A stretch of 64,000 nt of DNA from positions 4,429 through 68,428 of the forward strand of contig DEIN01000014.1 in the NCBI GenBank assembly GCA_002352465.1, written 5' to 3'. Each line of letters opens with the position of its first letter. Position 1 is the first letter of the stretch. Made by a program: the position numbers and the translations under genes. This document shows positions 1 through 8,620 of this stretch, piece by piece. Origin of the DNA: Patescibacteria group bacterium UBA2773 (GTDB lineage: Bacteria; Patescibacteriota; Minisyncoccia; Moranbacterales; DUUL01). The notes under the pieces were generated by a model. That model was given only the letters and a program-made list of their open reading frames with translations. It ran no database searches and was not told where the DNA came from.

Positions 1-1726
1 CAAACAAAAACTTAGCCATTTCCCCAAAAACTGGTCCCGCTGTGCTTTCTGCCCATTCAACATCTTTTGGATCGTCAATCACAACCAGCATTACAAATTT
101 AGGCTTATCAACTGGTCCAAAACCAGCAAAAGATCCAACGGTTGAACCCTCGATATACCCGCCTTTTTCTTTATCGGAAATCTGAGCCGTCCCTGTTTTC
201 CCTGCCACTCGATAACCAGGCACTCCAGCTGATTTTCCATGCCCCTTAATAACATTACTTTCTAACATCAAACCGACTTTGTTTGAAGCATCTTGAGAAA
301 CCACCTTTCTAATAACCTCTCTCTCTATTTTCTTTTCATTTCCCTTGGAATCAATAATGGACTTCACAATTTTTGGCTTCACTAACTCTCCCCCATTAGC
401 CAAAGTGCCATAAGCTGTTGCCAGCTGAATTGGTGTCACAGTTATTCCTTGTCCGAAAGAAGCAGTATAATATTCAATATCCCGATTCGTTTTTAAATTC
501 GAAATATTACCGTTCAGCTCGCCAGTCAATTCAATTCCAGTCTTTTTACCAAATCCAAATTTCTCGACATAATCCAAAAACTTATCATTACCTAATTTTT
601 GTTCAATGTAAATAACACCAGTATTAATCGACTTCTCAATTATCTCCGTCATCGTTTGCTCTCCGTAAACTTTTTCTTCTGAATTTTTAATAGTATATCC
701 AGAAATTTGAACCTCTCCTCTATCAACATAGGTGCTATCGGCTTCAATCACCCCAGCATCCAAACCGGCCACCATCGTAAAAGCTTTAAAAACTGACCCA
801 CATTCATAAACATTAGCCAAACTAGAATTCATATAAAGACTAGGACTTTCAACCTCAGAAAAATTATTCAAATCGAAAGTTGGTTCCTGTGCCATAGCCA
901 AAATATCTCCGCTATAGGGATCCAGAACAATAATTCGACCGCCTTCAGCCCGATGTTTTTCTATTGCATTTTTTAAAGTCAATTCCGCCTTAAACTGAAT
1001 AGCATAATCTAAAGACAAAACCAAATCATTGCCGTTTTGAGCTGGGCTAATAAACCGCTCTCCAATTGAAATCCAACGACTTCCTGCATCTTTTTCTTGC
1101 TTCAGCCAACCCTTTTCCCCTAACAACAAATCATTGTAAGATTTTTCTACTCCATAAAGTCCACTTTTTTTATCATTTTTATAGCCTTCAAAACCCACCA
1201 CTTGGGCTGCCAAAGAATTATTAGGATAATATCGCCAACTTTCACTTTCAAGCTGAATTCCTTCGTTGTCCAACTCTTTAATTTTAAACACTTCCTCCTC
1301 AGAAATTTTTCGTTTCAATGGTTCGTAGGCATCCCCCTTTTTCAATAATCTTGAATAAACCTTTTCTCGATCTAAATCTAGAATTTCGCTCACCTTATAA
1401 GAAAGCACTTCTGCACTTTCATCGTCAAGAATACTAGGCACCGCAAAAGCCGTAAACATCTCTTTGTTAGTGGCTACCGGCAATAAACCACTTCCTTCGC
1501 TTAAAAAAATCCCCCCTCGTTTAGGCTCCAAAGTTGATTGAAAAAAATGTTGTCTATCAGCCTGCTCTTTATAATAATCATAACTTTTAACCTGCAAAAA
1601 ATATAATCTAAAAAAAACAATTCCGAATAAAGACAAGACCAAAAAAGAAAGAATATTAATTCTATTCTTAAAAGTTTTTTCTCGACTATCATTATTCTGC
1701 CCCTTTTCTTTAATATTATTGACCAT
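1..1726 (-). CDS. ftsI: Penicillin-binding protein, FtsI/PBP2-type transpeptidase; the ORF runs off the left window edge so the C-terminus is missing here
   Basis: Minus-strand ORF open to position 1 with ATG at 1726. The translation shows a KTGTA (KTG) motif and a conserved transpeptidase region with an N-terminal TM anchor. It follows ftsL, rsmH and mraZ as in dcw clusters. Confidence 0.85.
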   Translation of the reverse strand, partial: MVNNIKEKGQNNDSREKTFKNRINILSFLVLSLFGIVFFRLYFLQVKSYDYYKEQADRQHFFQSTLEPKRGGIFLSEGSGLLPVATNKEMFTAFAVPSILDDESAEVLSYKVSEILDLDREKVYSRLLKKGDAYEPLKRKISEEEVFKIKELDNEGIQLESESWRYYPNNSLAAQVVGFEGYKNDKKSGLYGVEKSYNDLLLGEKGWLKQEKDAGSRWISIGERFISPAQNGNDLVLSLDYAIQFKAELTLKNAIEKHRAEGGRIIVLDPYSGDILAMAQEPTFDLNNFSEVESPSLYMNSSLANVYECGSVFKAFTMVAGLDAGVIEADSTYVDRGEVQISGYTIKNSEEKVYGEQTMTEIIEKSINTGVIYIEQKLGNDKFLDYVEKFGFGKKTGIELTGELNGNISNLKTNRDIEYYTASFGQGITVTPIQLATAYGTLANGGELVKPKIVKSIIDSKGNEKKIEREVIRKVVSQDASNKVGLMLESNVIKGHGKSAGVPGYRVAGKTGTAQISDKEKGGYIEGSTVGSFAGFGPVDKPKFVMLVVIDDPKDVEWAESTAGPVFGEMAKFLF

Positions 1727-1774
1727 AATGATTTCCGATAATAATTCTAGCCGTCAATTCGTTCAAAAGCTTTT

Positions 1775-2149
1775 TTATTTAGCCATCGCCATCGAATCGT
1801 CTTTTTTAATTTCAACAAAACTTACTTGTTCCGGATTAACCAAATTCAATCGTTCTCTTTCATTTTCAAAATGATAGCTAGATTTCAATTGAGCCACTTG
1901 AATTTCTAAAAATTTGTTTTGTTCTTTTAATTCTTCCAACATTTCTTCTGCAATATTAATCTCCTGACCCATAGTTGCCAATTGATTGATTTGAAAAAGA
2001 TAGGCTAGACTAGAGACACCCACCATTAAAAATAAAACAAAAAAAGCTAATTTCAAACTGAAAAATTGACCAATATCTTGAGATTTTTTAACTTTGCTTT
2101 TATTAACATTAAAGCTCTCGTAATTTTTTATCAATAATGATTTTCTCAT
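1775..2149 (-). CDS. ftsL: Cell division protein FtsL-like (septum formation initiator)
   Basis: 124 aa with a single TM segment followed by a coiled-coil region. It sits between rsmH and ftsI. Confidence 0.5.
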   Translation of the reverse strand: MRKSLLIKNYESFNVNKSKVKKSQDIGQFFSLKLAFFVLFLMVGVSSLAYLFQINQLATMGQEINIAEEMLEELKEQNKFLEIQVAQLKSSYHFENERERLNLVNPEQVSFVEIKKDDSMAMAK

Positions 2150-2368
2150 TGAAATTGATTTATTTTTAATTTTTATTTTTAATCCAAATTATCCGTTGGA
2201 CGGAAACAAGAATTAAGTTTGAATACAATTTCGTAGTAAAATTTAAAATTTTTGAAGCACTGGCTATAATCAATGTAAGAAAATTTTTTTATAATATAGC
2301 CAAAAATTTTAGATTAAATAGAAAGGGTATTCAAATTTAATCCCGAAACAAAGAAATGTGCCAAACAA

Positions 2369-3325
2369 TTAATTAATGGATACTTTTTCTGCCACTCGAA
2401 GCTTAGCGCTTCTTGACCTTGTATTTTCTTTTAGCTCTTTTTCCGACGGTCTAATTGGCTTTTGAGTAATTATTTTTAAATTCTTTTTTTGATTACAAAC
2501 GCAGATCGGAAATTCCTTGGGACAAATACATCCCCCTGTATTTGCCCTAAAGAACTTTTTCACTATTCGATCTTCGAGGGAATGAAAACTTATCACTGCT
2601 ACTCGACCTTCGTTATTTAAAACGCCCATTGCTTCTTTTAAAAAAACTTCCAAATTTTCCAATTCATTATTAACTGTAATTCGTAAAGCTTGAAAAACTT
2701 TCGTGGCTGGATTTATCCCTCTCCTTGATGTTGCATTACCAATTACTATCGTTTCCAGTTCCTTGGTTGTTTCAATTTTCTTTTCCTTCCGACTTTCAAT
2801 TATTCTTTTCGCAATTTTTCGAGCACTAGGCTCTTCTCCGTAGCGAAAAAATATATCCACTAACGACTCCTCTTTCCAACTATTCACAACATGATATGCC
2901 GTTCTCGTCCCTTCTTGTCCCAATCTCATATCCAACGGAGCATCAATTTGAAAACTCATTCCATATTTTTTATTTTTGACTTGGTCTAACCGCCAACCTA
3001 AATCAGCAATTATTCCATCCACTTTATCAATCTTCAAATCTTTCAATATTTGCCGAAGATTAATAAAATTATCTTTCACTAAATGAACTTTCGGCCCTTT
3101 CGAATTATTTTTAATTCGTCCGTCTCTGACGGATTTTATCTTTTCTTCAAACTCATCCAAAGCTATCTGATCCAAATCAATTCCAACCAAAATTCCCGTT
3201 TCTCCAATTTTTTCCATCGCTAGCAAACTGTGTCCGCCTCCACCCAATGTCGCATCAATCACTGTCATTCCTGGCTTTAAATTCAAACTTTCCACCGTCT
3301 CCCTCAGTAAAACTGTTGTATGCAT
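2369..3325 (-). CDS. rsmH: 16S rRNA (cytosine1402-N4)-methyltransferase RsmH (MraW)
   Basis: N-terminus MHTTVLLRETVESL...DATLGGGGHS and C-terminal region are typical of RsmH. It lies directly downstream of mraZ. Confidence 0.9.
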   Translation of the reverse strand: MHTTVLLRETVESLNLKPGMTVIDATLGGGGHSLLAMEKIGETGILVGIDLDQIALDEFEEKIKSVRDGRIKNNSKGPKVHLVKDNFINLRQILKDLKIDKVDGIIADLGWRLDQVKNKKYGMSFQIDAPLDMRLGQEGTRTAYHVVNSWKEESLVDIFFRYGEEPSARKIAKRIIESRKEKKIETTKELETIVIGNATSRRGINPATKVFQALRITVNNELENLEVFLKEAMGVLNNEGRVAVISFHSLEDRIVKKFFRANTGGCICPKEFPICVCNQKKNLKIITQKPIRPSEKELKENTRSRSAKLRVAEKVSIN

Positions 3326-3330
3326 AAATT

Positions 3331-3517
3331 AATTTTGAATTTTAAATTTCGATTCAATTTTTAATGACTGAATATCTGAATTTTTAAACATTTATTATGA
3401 ATTATCTGGGAATTAAACCTTTGAGCAAAATTCGAGGAAAAAACGAGCATTCGAATAAGGTGTATAAAAATACAGCGAATGAGAAACGGAGTTTTTGACA
3501 AAGAAATTTGCCAAATG
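3331..3517 (+). repeat. Composite intergenic repeat, copy A1 (AATTTTGAATTTTAAATTT...AATGACTGAATATCTGAATTTTTAAAC ... TTCGAGGAAAA..GAGCA...TTTGACAAAGAAATTTGCCAAA)
   Basis: Lies between the mraZ stop and the rsmH start. It shares two modules with 4040-4325, 8024-8286 and 61474-61562; a partial copy overlaps the rsmH stop at 2340-2385. Confidence 0.6.
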
Positions 3518-3530
3518 TGAATTCCCGCCA

Positions 3531-3965
3531 TTAGTAGATTCCTAATCGTCCAAGTTGCTCTGCAATCTTATCCTGATCTTTCTCCGCCCCCCTCTTATAT
3601 TTATCCCAAACTCCTTCATCCCAAATTTCTAACCGATTATACAATCCCGCCACTGTCACTCCTTTTTTCAGCTTGGCATAATCTTTTAAATAATCCGGAA
3701 CCACAATTCTTCCCTGCGAATCCAAATCCAAATCAATCGCTCCCGCCAACATCAATCGGACAAAACTTCGAGTTGATTTTTCTCCCACCGGCATATTTCC
3801 CAATTTCTCAGCAATTTTTTCCCACTCTTTCATTGGATAAACAAATAAGCATTGGTCAAGCCCCCGAGTGACCACTACCTTTCCTTTAAAATCACCCCGA
3901 AATTTAGAAGGCAACGCCAATCTCCTCTTGCTATCTATTGAATGTTTGTATTCGCCTATAAACAT
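3531..3965 (-). CDS. mraZ: Transcriptional regulator MraZ
   Basis: MFIGEYKHSIDSKRRLALPSKFR N-terminus; 144 aa; first gene of the dcw cluster. Confidence 0.9.
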   Translation of the reverse strand: MFIGEYKHSIDSKRRLALPSKFRGDFKGKVVVTRGLDQCLFVYPMKEWEKIAEKLGNMPVGEKSTRSFVRLMLAGAIDLDLDSQGRIVVPDYLKDYAKLKKGVTVAGLYNRLEIWDEGVWDKYKRGAEKDQDKIAEQLGRLGIY

Positions 3966-3971
3966 ATTCTT

Positions 3972-4012
3972 TGCTCCTCCCCCTTTATAAAGGGAGATTG
4001 AGGGGGTTTTAA
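3972..4012 (-). promoter_or_regulatory. 40-nt hairpin element that contains the mraZ Shine-Dalgarno site (copy C1)
   Basis: On the mRNA strand it reads AAACCCCCUCAAUCUCCCUUUAUAAAGGGGGAGGAG, 8 nt before the mraZ ATG. GGGGGAGG can pair with CUCCCUUU or with CCCCCUC. It is 38/40 identical to 53612-53652. Confidence 0.45.
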
Positions 4013-4039
4013 GTAATTAAATGTTCATTCTTTATTTGC

Positions 4040-4325
4040 AAAATTTTGAATTTTGAATTTTGAATTTTAAATCAATTTTTAATGTCTGAATATCTGAATT
4101 TTTAAACTTTCATTCAATTTTCAAATCGAACCTTCCAATCGAACCAAGACTTTTTTATTTAAGTACAGTTCGAGGAAAAATCCTTCTTTATTATTTTCCG
4201 TTTTTGCGTTACCAGAAATTTATTGTTTGAGTAAAATTAAAGGAAAATTCGAGGACCGAACAAAGTGTACTGAATAGGACAGCGAGAGAGTGACAGAAAA
4301 TTTGACGAAGAAGTTTGCCAAACAA
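4040..4325 (+). repeat. Composite intergenic repeat, copy A2 (includes a triple TTGAATT tandem and two TTCGAGGAAAA modules)
   Basis: Same two modules as 3331-3517; ends with TTTGACGAAGAAGTTTGCCAAACA. Confidence 0.55.
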
Positions 4326-4479
4326 AGAATTTCTAATCTTTATATTTCCCCACTTTTCACCACCTGATACCATTTTAAACCACTCCCCTCTCCTTGTCAA
4401 ACACTCTCCTCCCTTTCCCTAATTATTCTTTAAATCCCACTAAAAAAACAGCTTATTAATGCCGTTTCCTACTTCTTCT

Positions 4480-5160
4480 ATCTAAAATAAAATATATTTT
4501 ACAACCCCGACTCCACTGAGTTATCAACAATTTGTCAACAATCGTGACTCATCTTCTACTCTCAGAAAATCTCCGGAGATCGAACCTCTGTGAATACAGC
4601 GGTTCGACCTCAAGAGATTTTTACTACCGATCAACTTTGTCATTCCCCCTGCAGAATTTCCGCACCATAGCCCTGTCTACCAGTAGACAGCTTTAACGAA
4701 AGCAAGCTTGCTACGCCATAGCCTTAACGAAAACGGACGAGAATCCAACTACTAAATTTAACAAACTCAAAAAAAACAAGGAGCATTAGTGAATACTGCT
4801 AACCCCTTAGAACTGATCCTTTTTCAGATTGATTTTTTGATACATGAATTCATAAAAACCAGGTCTTCTTTTCCGCCATTGTGCAAGTCATAAAGACCTT
4901 CTTCAACACAAGAACGACCATTAAAAATTCGACCTTAATCAAGAAGTCCAAAGCGAGATTGATCTTGTCTTAAAACTTCTCCTGAACCAGAAAAAATTAT
5001 AATAACCAAATAAAAATTGTTCCCGAACGGCATCACCAGATGTTTTTCACCAGGCTTTAAAACAAATCTTGTTTGATAATCCACTTAAAGAAAAACTTCC
5101 TCAAAAGTCTTTTTGTCTTTCATTTTAAACCCCTCCTTATCTAAAAATAGATTATTTTTC
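4480..5160. ncRNA. Candidate structured non-coding RNA of unknown class
   Basis: About 700 bp with no ORF above 55 codons on either strand. G+C is visibly higher than the flanking DNA. It contains strong hairpins: an 11-bp stem GAGATCGAACC...GGTTCGACCTC, CTGTCTAC-CA-GTAGACAG, and the palindrome AGCAAGCTTGCT. I could not match tmRNA, RNase P RNA or SRP RNA signatures. Confidence 0.3.
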
Positions 5161-5167
5161 CGCCATA

Positions 5168-5479
5168 TTAATGAGCGCCCCGAATAAAAAACCAATCCCC
5201 CCATTTTGGACAAAAAATTCCACTTTTTAAGCCAGCTTCAGTGACAAAAAGAAAAGCTTTTTCCCTTCCATGATTCTCCCCACAACGAAGACAAGTTCGA
5301 CTTAACGAACCTTCTCCATAAAAAACATTTCCGGAATAAACACGTCTCAGTCTTCCTTCTGCCGGAAAAACCAAAGACTTACACACCAGACATTTATAAA
5401 CTTCAAATTTTTCACCTCCCAAGCTGGCATCAGTCGAAATATTAACCAGATCTTTTTTGGTTAAAATTCCTCGATACAT
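5168..5479 (-). CDS. Hypothetical zinc-ribbon protein with two CxxC pairs
   Basis: 103-aa ORF containing CLVC and CLRC. An in-frame stop lies 27 codons upstream of the ATG. The RBS is weak, so this may be a gene remnant. Confidence 0.3.
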   Translation of the reverse strand: MYRGILTKKDLVNISTDASLGGEKFEVYKCLVCKSLVFPAEGRLRRVYSGNVFYGEGSLSRTCLRCGENHGREKAFLFVTEAGLKSGIFCPKWGDWFFIRGAH

Positions 5480-5700
5480 TCCCTGGTAATAACGTTTAGT
5501 TTTTTCATCCCATCCGCCACAAGAACATTGGGTTGGATTTTCAGGATCAACTTCAGGAATTCAAGAACAATTTCTTATTATTTTTTCCAATCCTTAAAAA
5601 TTATTTTTTTGCCATCTCGCTGAATAATAATTTTTTGTCGTTCTCTGATTCCCAACTCATCTACAATCTCAGCTGGAATATTAATCGACAAATTTCTTGG

Positions 5701-5856
5701 CGACTATCTAAATCTCTTTTTTCGTTACGAAATTTTAAAATTTAAAACGAAAAAAATGAAGAATGAGAAGACATACGATAATACGTCGACGAATTCTGAA
5801 TTTTTTGCAGCTTAAATTTTAAAATTGCAGTAAAATAAAGAGATTTAGATAGTCGT
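5701..5856. repeat. Small element bounded by a perfect 19-20 bp inverted repeat (CGACTATCTAAATCTCTTT / AAAGAGATTTAGATAGTCG)
   Basis: The two arms are 116 bp apart. The interior carries the TTGCAGTAAAA core shared with the repeat elements at 19657-19826 and 57875-58060. Confidence 0.5.
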
Positions 5857-6013
5857 CTACCCTTGTCGAACTACTTTTCTAACATACTTTTTGCTTTTCA
5901 TTTTTTTATTTTTAATTTTTATTTGATAAAAAACAGCCTTAATCTGTTTTTAATTCCAAAAACTTTTTAAATGCAGATCGAGGCTCTTTCATTAAATTAT
6001 AATTTTCATAATC

Positions 6014-6424
6014 TTAAATTTTGATCCATTCAAATGAATCGTGTTCATGACTCAATCGAACCTCGCTATTATTTTCTTTCAACTTACATTCAAAGTAAAT
6101 GCCAATAATTTGCCATTGTTCATCCTTAACAATTGGCTGCCACTCTTCAATTCCAAAAGGTTTTAGAATCTCGATTTCCAATCCCGTTTCTTCTTTCACC
6201 TCTCGAATCAAGGCTTCTTCTGGTTTTTCTCCTCGTTCCATTTTTCCGCCTGGAAACTCAAATTTTCCTGGATTTGTTCCAGTATCTTTATCCCTAGCTT
6301 CTTCTAAAATCAAAACCTTCCCATCCCTCACAATGAAAGCTTTCGTTGCCACAAACAATTTATCTGGAATTTTTTGATTCCATCCGCCTCTGGAGAATTC
6401 TTCATTAACTTGTTTTTTATCCAT
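6014..6424 (-). CDS. NUDIX hydrolase (MutT-like)
   Basis: Nudix box GGKMERGEKPEEALIREVKEETGLEI. Confidence 0.75.
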   Translation of the reverse strand: MDKKQVNEEFSRGGWNQKIPDKLFVATKAFIVRDGKVLILEEARDKDTGTNPGKFEFPGGKMERGEKPEEALIREVKEETGLEIEILKPFGIEEWQPIVKDEQWQIIGIYFECKLKENNSEVRLSHEHDSFEWIKI

Positions 6425-6977
6425 AAATATTATTTTTTAGTTCTTGATATTTATTTTCATCCAATAGCGCTTCATACATCACAAACTTAAAACCGATTGG
6501 GACGGTAAATCTGGGATCCCGACAAAGTTGAAGAAATTCATCAAAATCAAAAAATTTAATTTTAATTTTTTCTCCAGCATCTAAATTTTGCTTGGTAATT
6601 TTTTTGCAATTTCTTCCCACAAAAATCGTTTCAGGAAAAACTAATTTTGAATAGTCTCCATCTCCAAATTCTTCTATTTTTATTATTTCCTCAGCCTTAT
6701 AGCCAGTTTCTTCTAGTAATTCTCTTTCAGCTGACTTAAAAACATCTTCATCTTTTTCCACCCGACCTCCAGGTAATGAAGGGAAAAGAGGTTTTCCAGG
6801 TTGCTCTTGATCTAAAACCAAAATCTTGTCATCCACTATAGCAATAACATCCACAGAAGGTTTTCGATATAACATTTCGAAAGTTTGATGCGACCCATCG
6901 AACATCTCCTGTTCCCAATGATGAACATCAAATAAAATCCCCTCAAAAACTTTTTTAGAATCTTTTGGTATCTTCAT
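6417..6977 (-). CDS. NUDIX hydrolase (ADP-ribose pyrophosphatase-like)
   Basis: Nudix box LPGGRVEKDEDVFKSAERELLEETGYKA. It overlaps the downstream NUDIX gene by 8 nt. Confidence 0.75.
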   Translation of the reverse strand: MKIPKDSKKVFEGILFDVHHWEQEMFDGSHQTFEMLYRKPSVDVIAIVDDKILVLDQEQPGKPLFPSLPGGRVEKDEDVFKSAERELLEETGYKAEEIIKIEEFGDGDYSKLVFPETIFVGRNCKKITKQNLDAGEKIKIKFFDFDEFLQLCRDPRFTVPIGFKFVMYEALLDENKYQELKNNIYG

Positions 6978-6978
6978 A

Positions 6979-7948
6979 TTATTTTTTCAATAAAATTAAA
7001 ATCAAACCAATCATTCGGTCTTTGTCCTTGGGATTACTTTCAGCAATCAACAAAGTTAAAGCAGTCAAAGCCGAAGGAGTTAAATTATTTGCATCCAACA
7101 AACTAGCTTTTTGCAAAAACCAAACAAAACTAAACGCTCCAGTTCTTTTATTACCATCATTGAAAACGTGATTTTTTACTACAAAGTATAAAAGATGGGC
7201 CACTTTTTCTTCCACGGTTAGATAAAGATCTTTCCCGCCAAAAGTTTGAAAAACATTTCCAACAATCCCAGCAAAATTTCCTGGATTTTTCTCCAATGCA
7301 AACAAATTACTAGCTTCTTTCTTTTTCATCAAGTTCGCCTTTAAATCCTTGACTGATTCTTCAAGCTCATCAGCTGTAAAATTAATCTTCTTTTTGCTCG
7401 CTCCTTTTTTTGGCAAACTAGATTTATCATAAGCATCCAATGAAATCCAAGTGTTAGCAAAAACCTCAACTAGATTCAAAGCTTCGCTACTTCCAACCAA
7501 ATCACTGCCTTTTGATAATTTTTTAATAGACTCAATTGCTTCTAATAACTTAGCTTTATTATATTCTAAGCTATCTTTGTTTATTGCATAGCCTCGAACC
7601 AAATATTTTTTCAAAACTGAAGTTGACCAAATTCTAAATTTAATAGCTTTCTACGAATTTACTCTGTATCCAACAGAAATAATCATATCAAGATTATATA
7701 AATTCATCGTTCTTGTCTTGCCATCTCTAACAACCTGTTCTATTTTGGAACAGGTTGCTTTCTCTTCTAGTTCCTTAGTTTTATAAATATTTTGAACATG
7801 CTTAACAATAGCAGGACAATTGACATCAACAATAGTTGCTATTTGATGAGCATCAAGCCACAAGGTTTCTTTTTAAAAACGTACCTTTAAACCAACCTCT
7901 TTGGCAGAAGTTTTATAAATAACAACTTCTCCTTTATTAAATTAGTTT
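6979..7948 (-). pseudogene. RhuM-family / Fic-Doc-like protein gene disrupted by two in-frame nonsense codons
   Basis: The fragments FNKGEVVIYKTSAKEVGLKVRF*KETLWLDAH...NLYNLDMIISVGYRVNS*KAIKFRIWSTSVLKKYLVRGYAIN... are colinear with RhuM proteins. A TAA replaces an expected Glu codon and a TAG replaces an expected Lys/Arg codon. The C-terminal part (ORF 6979-7614) keeps the Doc/Fic motif HVFNDGNKRTG. No ATG start remains for the N-terminal piece. Confidence 0.6.
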
Positions 7949-8023
7949 TTATTTTTATTCATAATATTTTTTTAAAATTAAATTGCAATGTGAATTGTAA
8001 TTTAAACTCCTTGTGGCTTGTGC

Positions 8024-8286
8024 GTTTGAGTAAAGTTCGAGGAAAAGTTGAGTATTTTTTAGAAACGCACTGAATGGTGCGATGAGGAAAAAACAGGAAT
8101 TTAGGCGTTAATCTTAAATACAATTTTGTTACAAGATTGAAAATTTTTAAAATAAATTATTCAAACAATTTTTACAGAGCTAACCCGTTAGCTCAAGAAA
8201 ATTTTCGGATAATTTAGTTAAAAATTTTAAATCGCAGTAAAAAGAGTATTTGAAATTAATGCCAAACAAAGAAATTTGCCAAACAC
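8024..8286 (+). repeat. Composite intergenic repeat, copy A3 (diverged, with an insertion)
   Basis: GTTTGAGTAAAGTTCGAGGAAAAG...ATGCCAAACAAAGAAATTTGCCAAACA; it also contains an AATCGCAGTAAAAAGAG core. It lies immediately downstream of the stop of gene 8297-8620. Confidence 0.5.
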
Positions 8287-8296
8287 ACGAGTCCGA

Positions 8297-8620
8297 CTAT
8301 CTCAAGCCTAATTGGCTTTTCAACTGAGCAGCTTCCTGCTTAGTCATTTGCCCCGCTTTAACCGATTCATTCAGTTGTTTTAAAATTTTATCTTTTTCTT
8401 TAAGAATATTTTGCGGATTCATCATTTTCCGCATTGCTTCTTCCCGTTTAGCTTGAGGCATTTTTTTGAAAAGTTTCAAAGCCCAACGTTCTTTTCTCGA
8501 TAATTTTGAATCATCAAAATTTTCCAACATCGAATCCATCTTATCCATCATTCCATCTTTTTTTGAATCATCAACTTGATTATCATCCTTCTTCTTTTTA
8601 GCAAAATTAAAAAAACCCAT
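8297..8620 (-). CDS. Hypothetical charged small protein
   Basis: 107-aa ORF, K/E-rich, with no recognisable motif. Confidence 0.3.
   Translation of the reverse strand: MGFFNFAKKKKDDNQVDDSKKDGMMDKMDSMLENFDDSKLSRKERWALKLFKKMPQAKREEAMRKMMNPQNILKEKDKILKQLNESVKAGQMTKQEAAQLKSQLGLR

Noticed and set aside
4040-4080. Possible CRISPR-like array from the TTGAATT tandem repeats
   Set aside because: The units are 7 bp, contiguous and AT-rich, with no 25-40 bp repeat-spacer periodicity. No cas genes are present.
4209-4400. ORF 4209-4400 (63 aa) and ORF 5533-5745 (70 aa)
   Set aside because: Both overlap intergenic repeat copies or inverted-repeat arms, have low-complexity translations and lack an RBS. 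They are likely spurious.
4560-4620. GGTTCGA-containing strings (GGAGATCGAACC, GCGGTTCGACC) that resemble tRNA or tmRNA T-arms
   Set aside because: No acceptor stem or anticodon arm can be drawn around them. No CCA-type 3' end exists and there is no tag-peptide ORF ending in Ala-Ala. They pair with each other as one long hairpin instead.
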